The notes under the pieces: model-generated
Told to the model about the DNA's origin: nothing
Seen by the model: only the letters and a program-made list of their open reading frames with translations
Databases searched by the model: none
Source of the DNA: Williopsis jadinii
Lineage: Eukaryota
Assembly (NCBI GenBank): GCA_024346625.1
Contig: AP024664.1
Span: 1,302,001 to 1,366,000 of the forward strand
Direction of reading: 5' to 3'
Length of the DNA stretch: 64,000 bases
Made by a program: the position numbers and the translations under genes
In this document: positions 22,002-32,949 of the stretch, piece by piece
How positions within the stretch are numbered: the stretch's first letter is position 1
How the letters are laid out: each line of letters opens with the position of its first letter

Positions 22002-22947
22002 TTGAGGAAGGGTTTGTTTGGGGATCCAAAGGGTTGGAGGAAAGGAGTTGGAAGTTTTGAAGGTTCAGGTGCTGTTTTGGTGGCGCTGAGCGGTTACCTT
22101 TGATGTACTCTGTGTAGTTCGCAGAGCGCTGTGTCTGAATACTTGTGTATACGTATTTCTTTGCAAGGCGTGTCTCTGGCTTCGTGGGATGTTGCCTGGA
22201 ACAAGAGGTTCCTTGTGTGCCATCTGGCAAGGAACACACTGACTCGATGTCATCAGGGTAGATCTGGAACGCACCCTTAATGGCCCTGACGGTGCTAATC
22301 GATACTTGTTGTCGTGATTTGTGAGAGGAGGTGAACCATCACTGTATTATGGCAATAGATAGTTCATACTCCAAGTTACAACGCGGTGCTTGTTTCTGTG
22401 TGATTATGAGCGTCGTCAGTGGACATATGGTTACATTCCTCTAGAATGCCATCTCTCGTGGGGACTATTGCCGTGGTTTCGTTTACACAGTCCGTACTTA
22501 CCTGGTTCCAGTATGTTCAGGTGCATATTTCTTATCAGATGTAGTATGACAGGATAACAGTTCGCCCGAACAAGTGGGAGCACACACACACGGGCGGTAT
22601 CAATCAGTTCACATGATTCACATCGCGTCTGGAGTGCCATTGACTGTGATGATGGAGATACTTATCCTTCCATACTCGGCTCTTGATTGCCCTACGATTA
22701 TGCAAGAACGTTTTCTAAGCCAAAACGCGCTCAATTTTTCTGCAATGAATAGATCTATTTCACCACATTTATATGTCAAAAGGATATAAAACCTAGTAGT
22801 GCTTGACTTATGGAAGACATAGATTCTTCTGAAGCTGTACTACACAACATTTATGATAGTAGCACTTCCTATAGGACTTACAATCCGAATTTCCAAAAAT
22901 CAACACTTCCTTTTGGTTAAAGATGGTTTGGGTGCAAAAAAATTAAA

Positions 22948-23021
22948 TGGTCCCTAGCAGGATCGAACTGCTGATCTTGGCGTTATTAGCACCACGCCTT
23001 AACCAACTGGGCCAAGGGACC
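22948..23021 (-). tRNA. tRNA-Ile(AAT)
   Basis: GGTCCCTTGGCCCAGTTGGTTAAGGCGTGGTGCT-AAT-AACGCCAAGATCAGCAGTTCGATCCTGCTAGGGACCA; cloverleaf, A/B boxes, downstream T-run. Confidence 0.97.
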
Positions 23022-24104
23022 TTTTTGCTGAACAATGAAATTTGCTGCTGTTGTTGTCTTCTTATGAGCTTCAACAGCCAACGATTTTACGTGACTTTCT
23101 TTATACATCATATCACTCATTGACTGTTATACCTTCACTCTTCCCATAGATCTTCGTCACCATCCATTATTCCTTTCGTGAGTATTAACTTTGGTTGAAA
23201 TCCCCATCGCTCAACAGTTATCTCATAATCTCTGTGTGTTATTGCACTGCTTGCTGCCATTTAGTCTTCGTGCTTGTTAATACATTATATAATCCTGATG
23301 GTGGATAATACACTGATCGTTCTATCCTGTTAACCTCAAAAGATAAATCGCCTTCAATAATTGAATTCGTATACTTTATCACTTTTTACTCCCTTCTTGA
23401 TAACTGTTCAGGTCCTTTTGTTCTTCTTTTGTACTCTCTGAACTTTTGAAGAACAAGTGGTAAGCATACCAGTTCACCTTCAAAAACTCTTATCGGTATC
23501 ACAGTGACCATTCTCCTAGCTGGTGTTTTCCAAACGACTGTAGTATATTCAATGTTTCTTGAAAAGGGGCTTATTGCTGTGTGATTTTGGGTTTCTCAAA
23601 CTCTTAATTGGATGCCGTGTATATAAACTAACATTGTCGTGGTCCTCTGACCTATACTAAATCAAAAGCCGATGGAAAGCTTACTGTCCCGTAAACTTGA
23701 CAATATCGTGATTTAAATAGTTAAAACTACATCTTCAGGTTGTCTAATTAGCTATGTCTATAGTTTATTCCGAATTTATACCTTTGAAAGCCAAAATGCT
23801 CTCCATAATGAAGCGTTTGGGCCATAAACAGTCCATAAAGAAACGGTTCAGGTTAATCTCAGATTTCGTTCACAATGTATCATCAACACAATAAATAGAC
23901 ATTATCGATCATACGTCAATATCAAATTCAATAAAATTGGATTGATCCCATACTATCTATTCACTATAAACTACTCAGTTAAAGAGGACATTCTTCACAT
24001 TCCGGAAACATTAAAACTTAACACAATGGTTCCTCAACATTTCTGTTCCAACACTGGATCACTTACAGAATTATACTAATTCATCCCCACAGTAGATATA
24101 CCAT

Positions 24105-24815
24105 TCAACAACTCTGTGCACTTTCTAATAGATAACTCACGATGGCCTTCTTCATTACTGTGGCATTCTCCTGTGCAGTGGCCATAATTTCCTTCAGATT
24201 AGTCAATGGATCTGAAGCCTCGCTCAACATACCAACAACCTCATCCCTAACAAAACTTATAATGGTGTTGTTCGTGGCATCGAATCCGGAAGTGACAATG
24301 TCGAGTAGCTCAATATTAGCATTGATCAAAGCTAAGGTGGTGGCATCGCTGATTATCCCCAACAGCTTCAAGTATAAGGACTCAACGTCCTGTACACTGA
24401 TAACATTTATAAAGATATCAATACCACTCTTTGGGTATTTGGCAAGATTGATAACACCCACAAAACTGTTCTCAATATAGGTACAAAACTTCTTCTCCAA
24501 TAGCTCATCAAGAACATCACCAACGTCATCGAGCGTAACACTCAGACCCGCGGTATCAGTGAATGAGCCTCGTATAGGTCTTGGCCCATATATGCTCACA
24601 CTAACAATGTTTCCATCAACTTCGACATACGACGAACCGTTAGCATTAGAAACTAAGCCTGACTGGATAAAAGTGCGTGTGATTCTCGCTTCAACGTCAT
24701 TCTCCCTTACAAAGTCAACCTTGTGTTTCCTTAGAGTTGCTTCCGGCAGCTGTGCAAACACAAGAGGTTTGGCATTCGGAGGTCCACATATTCTTCTTCT
24801 ATCGATAACGTTCAT
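24105..24815 (-). CDS. MTR3: Exosome RNase PH-like subunit Mtr3
   Basis: MNVIDRRRICGPPNAKPL, GLVSNANGSSYVE, SIYGPRPIRGSF, KYPKSGIDIFINV. Confidence 0.93.
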   Translation of the reverse strand: MNVIDRRRICGPPNAKPLVFAQLPEATLRKHKVDFVRENDVEARITRTFIQSGLVSNANGSSYVEVDGNIVSVSIYGPRPIRGSFTDTAGLSVTLDDVGDVLDELLEKKFCTYIENSFVGVINLAKYPKSGIDIFINVISVQDVESLYLKLLGIISDATTLALINANIELLDIVTSGFDATNNTIISFVRDEVVGMLSEASDPLTNLKEIMATAQENATVMKKAIVSYLLESAQSC

Positions 24816-25076
24816 AGTTGAGCTGAGGTGTGTTCTTGAGTACTGTTATAGTGGACATATTCATCACGAGTAAATTTTCAAGGCCCTCATCACCACAATT
24901 GTTACGCGCAACATTCAATACAACACATCTACAGCTTCACCAGATTGATATTAGGACCTTAATTCGAATTCCAAGGTTGAAAAGATACCATTTTCCCAGT
25001 CAGGAACAGATGGCTCACGTAGATGAATTTATAACACAAGATATAGCACGTTAAGATTTATCCAGAAGACTCTGGA

Positions 25077-27056
25077 TCATCCTTTTAAAGTATCGAGTTC
25101 TGAGCTGGTCACTCGATGTCCGCTTGAGAGTGATATCGTTTCAGGCTCCACTATAGTATCCTGTCCAGCAGGGTTGTACTCTGGTACGTAGTCAAACTCA
25201 GGTGGATCACTCTCCAGTTGTAGCAGCCTATTTCTCTCCAATTCAGCCTTATCAGATGCCATATCGACCTGATGGTGAACAAGACTTGTAGCTAGTGGAG
25301 AACGTGGTAATCTGTGAGACGCAGATCCGTTAAGTGGCGGAGCAGAGTACTCGGAGTTGGACTCTTGGTAATCGTAACTTGGTAATGGGGAGCTATCTGG
25401 ATGAAACATTGGTTCCGATGGTAGCAGAGCCTCCTCGTTACGACGTAAGATCTCCTTTTCGCTTAAGCCTCCATTGATATCTGGAGCAGTACTGTCGTTT
25501 CCCGTAGAGTGACTGCGCGAGGTAGCACAAATGCTAGCCTGCCCCGAATGGACGTTAGATGTATGACTAATACTTATTGGACTTATCGAAGCTGTGCTCA
25601 GTTTATCGAGCATCGACTCCTCACTATCAACACCATTGCCTTGTGAATCACCGACACCCTCTTGTTGTTTCAATTGGCTTACAGGGGATTTCTTTCTGTT
25701 CCTCTTAACCCTTTCAGTTCCAACTATAACCTCAGTGTTCAAACCAAGCATGTTTTTGCCCCTTTTGATGTTATCCACATTAACCATCCCATTTTCTGAC
25801 ATTATAAGATGGTCATGTTGTTGACCTAAATCAAACATAATGGAATGTGAGAATTTTTGAGAAGCATTCTGTTTCTGCGATGCATTGTTTTTCATAAAGT
25901 TCTTGTTGGTAACGTTTGCAAGTACTTCAATATAGTATTGGAAGGTTACAAGTCCAGTACCCACAATGGTTGGGAATGAATCCACGGGAACCTTTAACGT
26001 TGTTGAAACTTCAGCAGTGAGCGTCTGTGGATCGATATAAAGAGGTGTAATTACTTGACAAAGATCCTTTCTAAAAGAGTGTAATGGAGTTTCTGGTCCA
26101 TTATCCACACGACATAGACGAATGAGCGTAACTATTAACCCACATGAGGATTGAATAGGTTTGTAATGAGAAACACGGATTTTGATTGGTATAGTCTCTC
26201 CCCTCAGGTAACCGGATTGTTCCATATCCACGGAAAGCTTAACAAGGGCCTGATCTTTGTTCAACTGTAGGTGAAAATTGGAGCCAGATTCGGTACTGTT
26301 ATCACTGTTATTTGTTGATTGTGTTGTATTTGAATTGATCGTTGAAGTTGATGAAATGGTCTTGAGCAATTTCTTGTCTGAAACTTTCAGATAGGCATGT
26401 TTGGTCTGTGGTTTGGGTATTTTAGCAACGTTTATGGGCACAATGATATTGAGATTCTTCTCACAATAGTGGATCGAGTTCTTTGGGGATGGCATTAAGA
26501 TGGACTCGCCAGAAGAAGAAATCTGTGAAGCTGGCGATGAGTTCTTTGACGTTGAAGGTGAACCTGATTGGTTGTGGTTGATGGACGCCCTTAACGAGTA
26601 CGATATTGATCCCTTTTCAAAGCTTATAGAGGTGAAAATGTTCTTCTTTGGTAGTTTGACCGAAAAGGGGAACCTGTGTTCTCCTTTGCTCAACCCGATG
26701 GTGGCCTCGTCGCAGTGTTCTCTCTGTGATACTTCGTTGTGGTCATAGCCATAAATTACAGAAGTATGTCTGAACAAGATATGCGGTTTGCGCCTCACCG
26801 AGCCCGTTGGCTGTCCAGATTTGATCTTTATTAGTCCCATAAGGGTCAGCATGATGTTAATGTCTGTTATGTTCTTCTTCAGGTCAAGCACTGCCACTCC
26901 TGTGACTATTTCTCCTGGGCTCCATACCCTATGTGGTTCATCGAGCTCTATGTAGAAGTCGTTGATGAGATTGATACCTTCCAGCTTGAACGGGTTGCTG
27001 AAAGACCTCTCAGAGTTGGACCGTGAGGGCAAGAATCGAGACACGGCCTTCTTCAT
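25077..27056 (-). CDS. RIM8: Arrestin-like pH-response protein Rim8/PalF
   Basis: FYIELDEPHRVWSPGE, GLSKGEHRFPF, TSISFEKGSISY, GYLRGETIPI, SFRKDLCQ, C-terminal SEKEILR and ERNRLLQLESDPP. Confidence 0.93.
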   Translation of the reverse strand: MKKAVSRFLPSRSNSERSFSNPFKLEGINLINDFYIELDEPHRVWSPGEIVTGVAVLDLKKNITDINIMLTLMGLIKIKSGQPTGSVRRKPHILFRHTSVIYGYDHNEVSQREHCDEATIGLSKGEHRFPFSVKLPKKNIFTSISFEKGSISYSLRASINHNQSGSPSTSKNSSPASQISSSGESILMPSPKNSIHYCEKNLNIIVPINVAKIPKPQTKHAYLKVSDKKLLKTISSTSTINSNTTQSTNNSDNSTESGSNFHLQLNKDQALVKLSVDMEQSGYLRGETIPIKIRVSHYKPIQSSCGLIVTLIRLCRVDNGPETPLHSFRKDLCQVITPLYIDPQTLTAEVSTTLKVPVDSFPTIVGTGLVTFQYYIEVLANVTNKNFMKNNASQKQNASQKFSHSIMFDLGQQHDHLIMSENGMVNVDNIKRGKNMLGLNTEVIVGTERVKRNRKKSPVSQLKQQEGVGDSQGNGVDSEESMLDKLSTASISPISISHTSNVHSGQASICATSRSHSTGNDSTAPDINGGLSEKEILRRNEEALLPSEPMFHPDSSPLPSYDYQESNSEYSAPPLNGSASHRLPRSPLATSLVHHQVDMASDKAELERNRLLQLESDPPEFDYVPEYNPAGQDTIVEPETISLSSGHRVTSSELDTLKG

Positions 27057-28915
27057 CTGTCCAAGTCACAGTCGATGCTCTCTGTCAAGACAGTCAAGAC
27101 GTTGAATATCTCTTCTTCCTGTGGTTTTCTCCAAGACTAACTTTGTAAAGGAACAAAGGCCAGCAAACACAATGGTTACACGCACGCTCTCTCCCTCTTT
27201 CCTTCGTCCCTCTCACTCTCTTCCCCTTCTAGTTGAGTACACGACTCTTGAAGCGATGATACGAGCTATTTGAAATGGAGGAGGCTATTGCGTATATGAC
27301 TTCTCTTCCTTTCAGGCTGAATGGTACAGGCAATATGGCTTGTCACTGTGGTTTCTCTTGGTGTCTGAGTGGAATACAAAAAATACCCTGCTTCGTTTTC
27401 TCCTTTGCCCTTAAAACTATAGCACACCAAAAAAGCGATCAATTGTGAGTGCCGTTGACTAAAGCTTGTGTTCCCTCCGTTGTTCTGTATGCTTTTTCCT
27501 TCAATTTTTTGGGCGATTAGCCAAGCGGTGTGTCTTTTCCTTCTTTTTAGATCCGCGTGCTCGTGCTGTAAACTTATACCTCCAAGTTCCGGGGCTCAGG
27601 ACGAGATTAGATTGTTAAGCAGAGGGATAACAAGACCAAATGTGAATAAATGAGGTGAAACTCACACGTTGACGGATGAACTGAGTAGTTGTGTAAAGGT
27701 TCCACAAGTGATTTTTTTGGAAACTTTTAGATGTGCTTTTTTTTCGTGTGAATGAATGGGTGAGTGAGCCTTCTGTGTGTGGGTAATTTTCGTTCTGGAT
27801 GTCGGTGGCTAAAAAAGAAGGAGAAATGTCTCTCTGAGTTTGTCCGATATTTTCTTTCTTTTCGTTTACGATACGAAGTTAACTGCGCGCCCCCCTCTCA
27901 TGCATTCAAATGTCCATATTGGCGAGAGCATGGACAACGACAAAGCACAGACTTTTCTTCGTTCTCAATCCCGGATTTACATGCGGAGTTTTAATGGTAC
28001 ATAGATATGGTCCAATGTACAGCAGCAGGGGGGACGGCAGCAGTTATGGTGTAATCGTATACTTTTATCCCTAAATGGTTCATCATTGCACTGGCGTTCC
28101 AGCTTCTTTGGCCCAAATCTGATAATAAGATACGCTTAAGAATTTGCAGCATGTTGGATCTTTTCTTGCACAAGGTTGGAAACGGTTTCGTACATAAAAC
28201 GGCTGTTGCAAGTTTGTCTTGTCCTTCTGCTGTGGCAGGATTTGCGGCGTGGCGACGCCGCGCAAGCTTCTATTTCATGGCGAACTACAGACATTTCTTA
28301 GGCGTTCAAACTGGTAATAGCAAGCGCTTACATTGTGCGGGACTGTCTTTCCAAATACGCTATGTATCAAGCTGTATGAAGATTCATATAGGAACGCTGT
28401 GCTTAACGTGTGATTTTAGATGTCGGAGTATGCCATTTGGTCATTGGATGTTGCACCTTTGAGGCCAGCGCGGGTGCTCATGAGCCCATTTTCAAGAAAC
28501 ATAACATTTATATACAGCAAAACACTAAATATGCTGTACCAATGTTATCCTTTCAGCCAGTCCACGTCGCAATTGACTTGGGAGCTGAGTGCTCTTACGT
28601 GAAGTTCTGAACTCTCCAGCTGCAACGTTTAACCAAGTTTTAGGGGCAATCTATCACATCCAGCAGCCAAATCACACGTGGAAAAGGGGAGAGAACTGCA
28701 ATAAACACCCAATTTCTCAACTTGACTGTAATTGATCGACTATCCTTCCTTGATTAGGATCATTCATGTATTCCAAGAACGAATGCATGTTTGATTTGTA
28801 ATGATTTGACTCCCAGGTTTCACCACTGATGCCATAAACGTTCATGTGAATTCAATGTTCAGTGCTCTAAATGTCCGAAAGCACATGTGTGTCTTGTACG
28901 CAGTAGACGCCCGCT

Positions 28916-29628
28916 ATGTCCTGTTTCTTGGGGACTAAGGCAAGCCAAGACCATTTAATTTAGCAGTTGCTTCTGGCGGAATTTAACCACGACGTCAAAC
29001 TGCACCTCAACCGCTTGTCGCGCGAAGTCCATCTCATCATCCCTGTCGAGTGCAAGAAGAACAATCCCCACGGCCCTTGAGGTAAGATTGTGGCGTTAAC
29101 CCCCGGCTGCACGCACTTCATCACTGAGTATTCTCCAACTGGCGACTCCTTTCATCTCTCGTGGCACAGGGGGAAAATAATGGCGTTAAAGAAGAAGATA
29201 GCCGAGATGCAGGCCGCGAGGATGTCAAAGCAGTGTCGTAAACTATACAAAACAATAACAGACATAGTGGCTGATGATCATTGGCAAATCATAAGACATC
29301 AAACATTGTCCCACGAAAACATCAGGCTAACATTATTCGAAAGCCAAGAATTGGTAGCCATGAACAGGAACCGCCGGATGGACAAAAACTTGATGATGAG
29401 CTCGCATTACGGCTTTTACCAGCGTTTGGCTTTTACCAGCCTTTGGCCTTCAAATGCCAAGTCACGGGGACACGCCTCTCGAGAATGACTGAAGAGTACA
29501 CGAGCAAGCCATGTAGCGACGGCGGGACAGTAAAAGACACACGCATGGAGTGCGTTCATGCTGCTCTAAAGAAATCACTACCTTTGTTCTGTCTCTAAGG
29601 AGCACAGAAAGGTATGATCATGAGCGGT
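28916..29628 (+). mobile_element. Degenerate Fanzor2 / IS607-TnpB-like nuclease pseudogene with right end
   Basis: In order: FNHDVKLHLNRLSREVHLIIPVE (WED-like), IVALTPGCTHFITEYSPTG (RuvC-I, cf. ALDPGxRTFxTxYS), ITDIVADDHWQ, LFESQELV, SHYGFYQRLAFKC, TEEYTSKPCSDGG, RHTHGVR (RuvC-III-like). Lesions: stops at 28961 and 29078, and a 17-bp tandem duplication at 29411-29444. The left boundary is uncertain. Confidence 0.85.
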
Positions 29629-30317
29629 AATGGTTGGTCTGATCCTTAGCATTAGACCAAATAACGAATCACATTTTCGGTCTCTGCGATCATTGATCAA
29701 GAGTTGGTCAGTATGGCATCATTACTGCATGAGAACACTAGCAGTGCTTACATTGAGAGATTGGTCCATCCTCACCACGTACTCGGAATTGCCCTGCTTG
29801 CAATAACTAAAAGGTTGCACTCCCGATAACACAACCAGTACCAATGGGGCCTCGCTACTTCACAGTGCGATTTAAGTGCTTTTCGAGTGGACAAGAAGTA
29901 CCTCACCATTGTGCTTGTCACTGATAAGGCGCTCCTTAGCATCGAGCACAGTGTGTCCAATGTTTCTGTTTGATTTTTCTGTTTGATGTTTTATGCGGGC
30001 TAATCCGACTTGCTCTTTAATGCAATACATCCTTCCAATTCCACGGCTTGGTATACAGATACTGTGAAGCAAGAGCACTACATCACACTTTATCACATCT
30101 ACAAGTTCTTTGATTTCATATTAACAACGATATCTCTATTATAAACTAGATGTATTTTAAAACAAATGAAGAACAAAGAATAAACACAGATACAAACTTT
30201 TTTGACTCTCTTGATGCAATCCATATGGGCAAGTCACACTTATTGACTAACCATGATTACATGCTTTCTTGATATTAAGTAAACATTACCCATTACACAA
30301 CTCACGTGAGAAAGAAC

Positions 30318-31760
30318 CTAATCGAAGGTCTTCTTAGTACCCTTGAACTCAGCGGACTTAGGAGCACTGGCATTTGCACCGGTACCGAAAGCCTTTCTAC
30401 CACCGAAGGATTGTCTATCACCACCAAATGATCTTCTGTCACCGCCAAAGGACTTTCTGTCACCGCCAAAGGACTTTCTGTCACCACCGAAGGACTTTCT
30501 GTCACCGCCAAAAGACTTTCTGGATGGGTCTCTTGGAGCAGAGAAGTCCAAACGGACTGGTCTACCAGCGATATACTCACCGTTCAATGCCTCAAGAGCA
30601 GCCTTGGCCTCATCAACAGAACTGAATTGGACGTAACCGAAACCCTTTGGTTGTTCGGTCTCTGGGTGGGTTGGAATTCTGGCACTGATAACAGAACCGT
30701 ATTGACCGAATGTCTCGAACAATCCATCTCTGTCAGCTTGGAAGGACAAGTTACCAATGAACAACGTGTCAGATGGCTCAGATGGAGTGTCACCATACTT
30801 GGATGCTCTGTCGGCGTTCTTGTTTGGGTTTCCAGCTGGCTTGGAAGTGGACATATCCAAGTTGATTGGTCTTCCGTCAATTTCACGACCTTGGTATTCC
30901 TTCAAAGCCTTCTCAGCAGCAGCCTTGTTCTCAAAGTCGACGTAACCGTAACCTCTAGACTTACCTGTGGCTCTCTCGAACATCACTCTGGCACCAATGA
31001 CACCACCCAATGGCTCAAACTCACTCTTCAACCAATCATCATCAATGTTCCATGAAAGTCTTCCAACAAACAAGGTAGCTGGTTCGTCAGTCTTTTGCTT
31101 CTTAATTGGAGCCTCGTCATCCTCAGCTTTACGCTTCTTTGGTTCGGCTTCCTTTTCTGCCTCCTCAGACTCTCTGTCAGAGGAGTCGCTGTCAGATGAG
31201 GAGGAGGAGTCACTGTCAGAAGAAGAATCACTGTCAGATGATTCAGCCTTCTTCTCCTTCTTTTCATCATCATCCTCTGATTCTGAGTCGGAGGACGATT
31301 CAGAGGATGAAGATGAAGATGACTCCTTCTTCTCTTCCTTCTTCTCCTCTTCCTCATCTGAGGAGTCAGAGTCAGAGTCAGAGGAATCGGAATCGGATGA
31401 TTCCTTCTTCTCTTCCTCCTCATCAGAGGAGTCGGAATCAGAGGAAGACTCGGATTCGCTAGAGCTAGAGCTGGAAGAGCTAGAGTCGGAATCAGATTCG
31501 GACTCAGAGTCAGAGTCAGAGTCAGAATCAGAATCAGAATCAGAATCAGAATCAGAATCAGAAGAGGAGGACTCGGCGCGCTTGGCCTTCTCCTCAGCAA
31601 TTCTCTTCTCTTCAGCCTCCTTCAAGGCAAGCTCAGCTTTCTTGGAGTCCTTCTTAGAGCTCTTCTTTGACTCCTTCTTGGAAGGCTTAGTAACCTTGTC
31701 AGCCTTCTGGGCAACAGCCTTAGACTTAGATGTCTTTTTATCCTTAGAAGTGCTAGCCAT
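30318..31760 (-). CDS. NSR1: Nucleolin homolog Nsr1
   Basis: Ser/acidic N-terminus, two RRMs (LFVGRLSW..KSRGYGYVDF; LFIGNLSF..PKGFGYVQF), C-terminal FKGTKKTFD. Confidence 0.97.
   Translation of the reverse strand: MASTSKDKKTSKSKAVAQKADKVTKPSKKESKKSSKKDSKKAELALKEAEEKRIAEEKAKRAESSSSDSDSDSDSDSDSDSDSDSESESDSDSSSSSSSSSESESSSDSDSSDEEEEKKESSDSDSSDSDSDSSDEEEEKKEEKKESSSSSSSESSSDSESEDDDEKKEKKAESSDSDSSSDSDSSSSSDSDSSDRESEEAEKEAEPKKRKAEDDEAPIKKQKTDEPATLFVGRLSWNIDDDWLKSEFEPLGGVIGARVMFERATGKSRGYGYVDFENKAAAEKALKEYQGREIDGRPINLDMSTSKPAGNPNKNADRASKYGDTPSEPSDTLFIGNLSFQADRDGLFETFGQYGSVISARIPTHPETEQPKGFGYVQFSSVDEAKAALEALNGEYIAGRPVRLDFSAPRDPSRKSFGGDRKSFGGDRKSFGGDRKSFGGDRRSFGGDRQSFGGRKAFGTGANASAPKSAEFKGTKKTFD
30397..30520. 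repeat. 21-bp coding repeat encoding (RKSFGGD)n in the Nsr1 C-terminus
   Basis: About six near-identical units, e.g. CTGTCACCGCCAAAGGACTTT. Confidence 0.9.
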
Positions 31761-31828
31761 TATGTCTCGTGAATTGTATAACGTGTGATAGAAGGGTTTT
31801 TTATGAAGAGCAGTGTGAAGAGCTCCAG

Positions 31829-31874
31829 AAATTTTTCATTTTTCGCTTTTTTTTTCCTTTCATCGTCTCATCGC
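31829..31874. promoter_or_regulatory. RRPE + PAC ribosome-biogenesis elements of NSR1
   Basis: AAATTTTTCA at 31829-31838 and CTCATCGC (GCGATGAG) at 31867-31874, 70-115 bp upstream of the ATG. Confidence 0.75.
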
Positions 31875-32071
31875 ATGGTTTCTGTGGTTACGGGAAGCAA
31901 AAAGCAATTCAGAGAGTACGTGTGGTGTGTACCGATTTATATCTCCTGGAGACCACGATGAGGTTGAAGCTACAAGGTCTGGCACCGGTTGATGAGAGGT
32001 TACAGCAGTGAGAATGGTGCATTGTATGTCTATCAGTGTGCATTAAAAGGCGTTGTGGTGCTATGGGCCAG

Positions 32072-32748
32072 CTCATTGCTTTTTTGACGCATCGTTTAAG
32101 CTGGAGTAATCGTCTGAATCCAGCTGAATAGTCACGGGACCATCATTCACAAGCGCAACGTCCATCATTGCGCCAAATACACCATCCTTGACGTTCTCGT
32201 CTCCGAGATCCTCCCTCAATCTCTGTAGAAAAAGCTCATACAGTGGTTGGGCTTGTGGGCCTGGCTCGGTGTTAGTATAAGAATATGGGTTTCAAAATGC
32301 AATTCTACAAGGCATGTACATACCCTTTGCAGCCTTATGGAGATCCGGCTTCGTGCCTTTCTTTGTATTGGCCATCAATGTGAATTGAGACACTTTTGGC
32401 GACATTAGTAAGCAGTCATCTTGAGGGAGCTATCAGCATATCACATACCTGATAAGATTTGGCCATTGGCCTGTCTAGTTGTGCTCTTCCACAAGTTTTT
32501 GCCTTCTTCGTCTTCAAACATCCTCAGTTTGGCAACTTTGGATGCCATTGCATCAACAATTTTCTCGTTATCGTCAGTTGAGATACCCACAAGGAGGAGA
32601 AGGCCCTTCTCAATACTGTCAACATCTCTGAGTTAGCACCTCTTGAAGTCACACTGCAAAAACCGCTTCAAAACACAACTTACGAAGAGACAATCTCTGA
32701 GTCCACCGTCACGGAAGCCCGTTTGACCTTCTGAATAACGATCCTCAT
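32072..32748 (-). CDS. DTD1: D-aminoacyl-tRNA deacylase; 4 exons (32748-32684, 32615-32449, 32392-32324, 32260-32072)
   Basis: The spliced product is [65 protein letters not shown]. Introns are GTAAGT/GTATGT with branch points GCTAAC, TACTAAT and TACTAAC. The ORF track misses it. Confidence 0.93.
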
Positions 32749-32949
32749 GGTCAAAAAGAGTATACGAAGATAAACAGAACTAACTGACTCCGACAAAGAG
32801 CGACTTGCAATCATCGAAGCGGATTTCTTTCCAATGAGTCCATATTTGGTATGCGCACATATATATACACAGCGAATATACACACTAAAATCTAGTCATT
32901 ATTAAAATGTTATATCTTTATCTACTGTACACAGTTGCCTGATGTAAGG

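Noticed and set aside
23040..23420. Possible solo LTR upstream of tRNA-Ile, with a 10-bp inverted repeat AACAGTTATC/GATAACTGTT
   Set aside because: No clear TG...CA termini or target-site duplication and no second copy in the window
27990..28900. Possible N-terminal part or left end of the Fanzor element
   Set aside because: No convincing HTH/WED motifs or serine-recombinase remnant recognisable in any frame
31490..31563. (TCAGAA/TCAGAG)n hexamer array
   Set aside because: Ordinary Ser-Asp tract of the Nsr1 acidic domain
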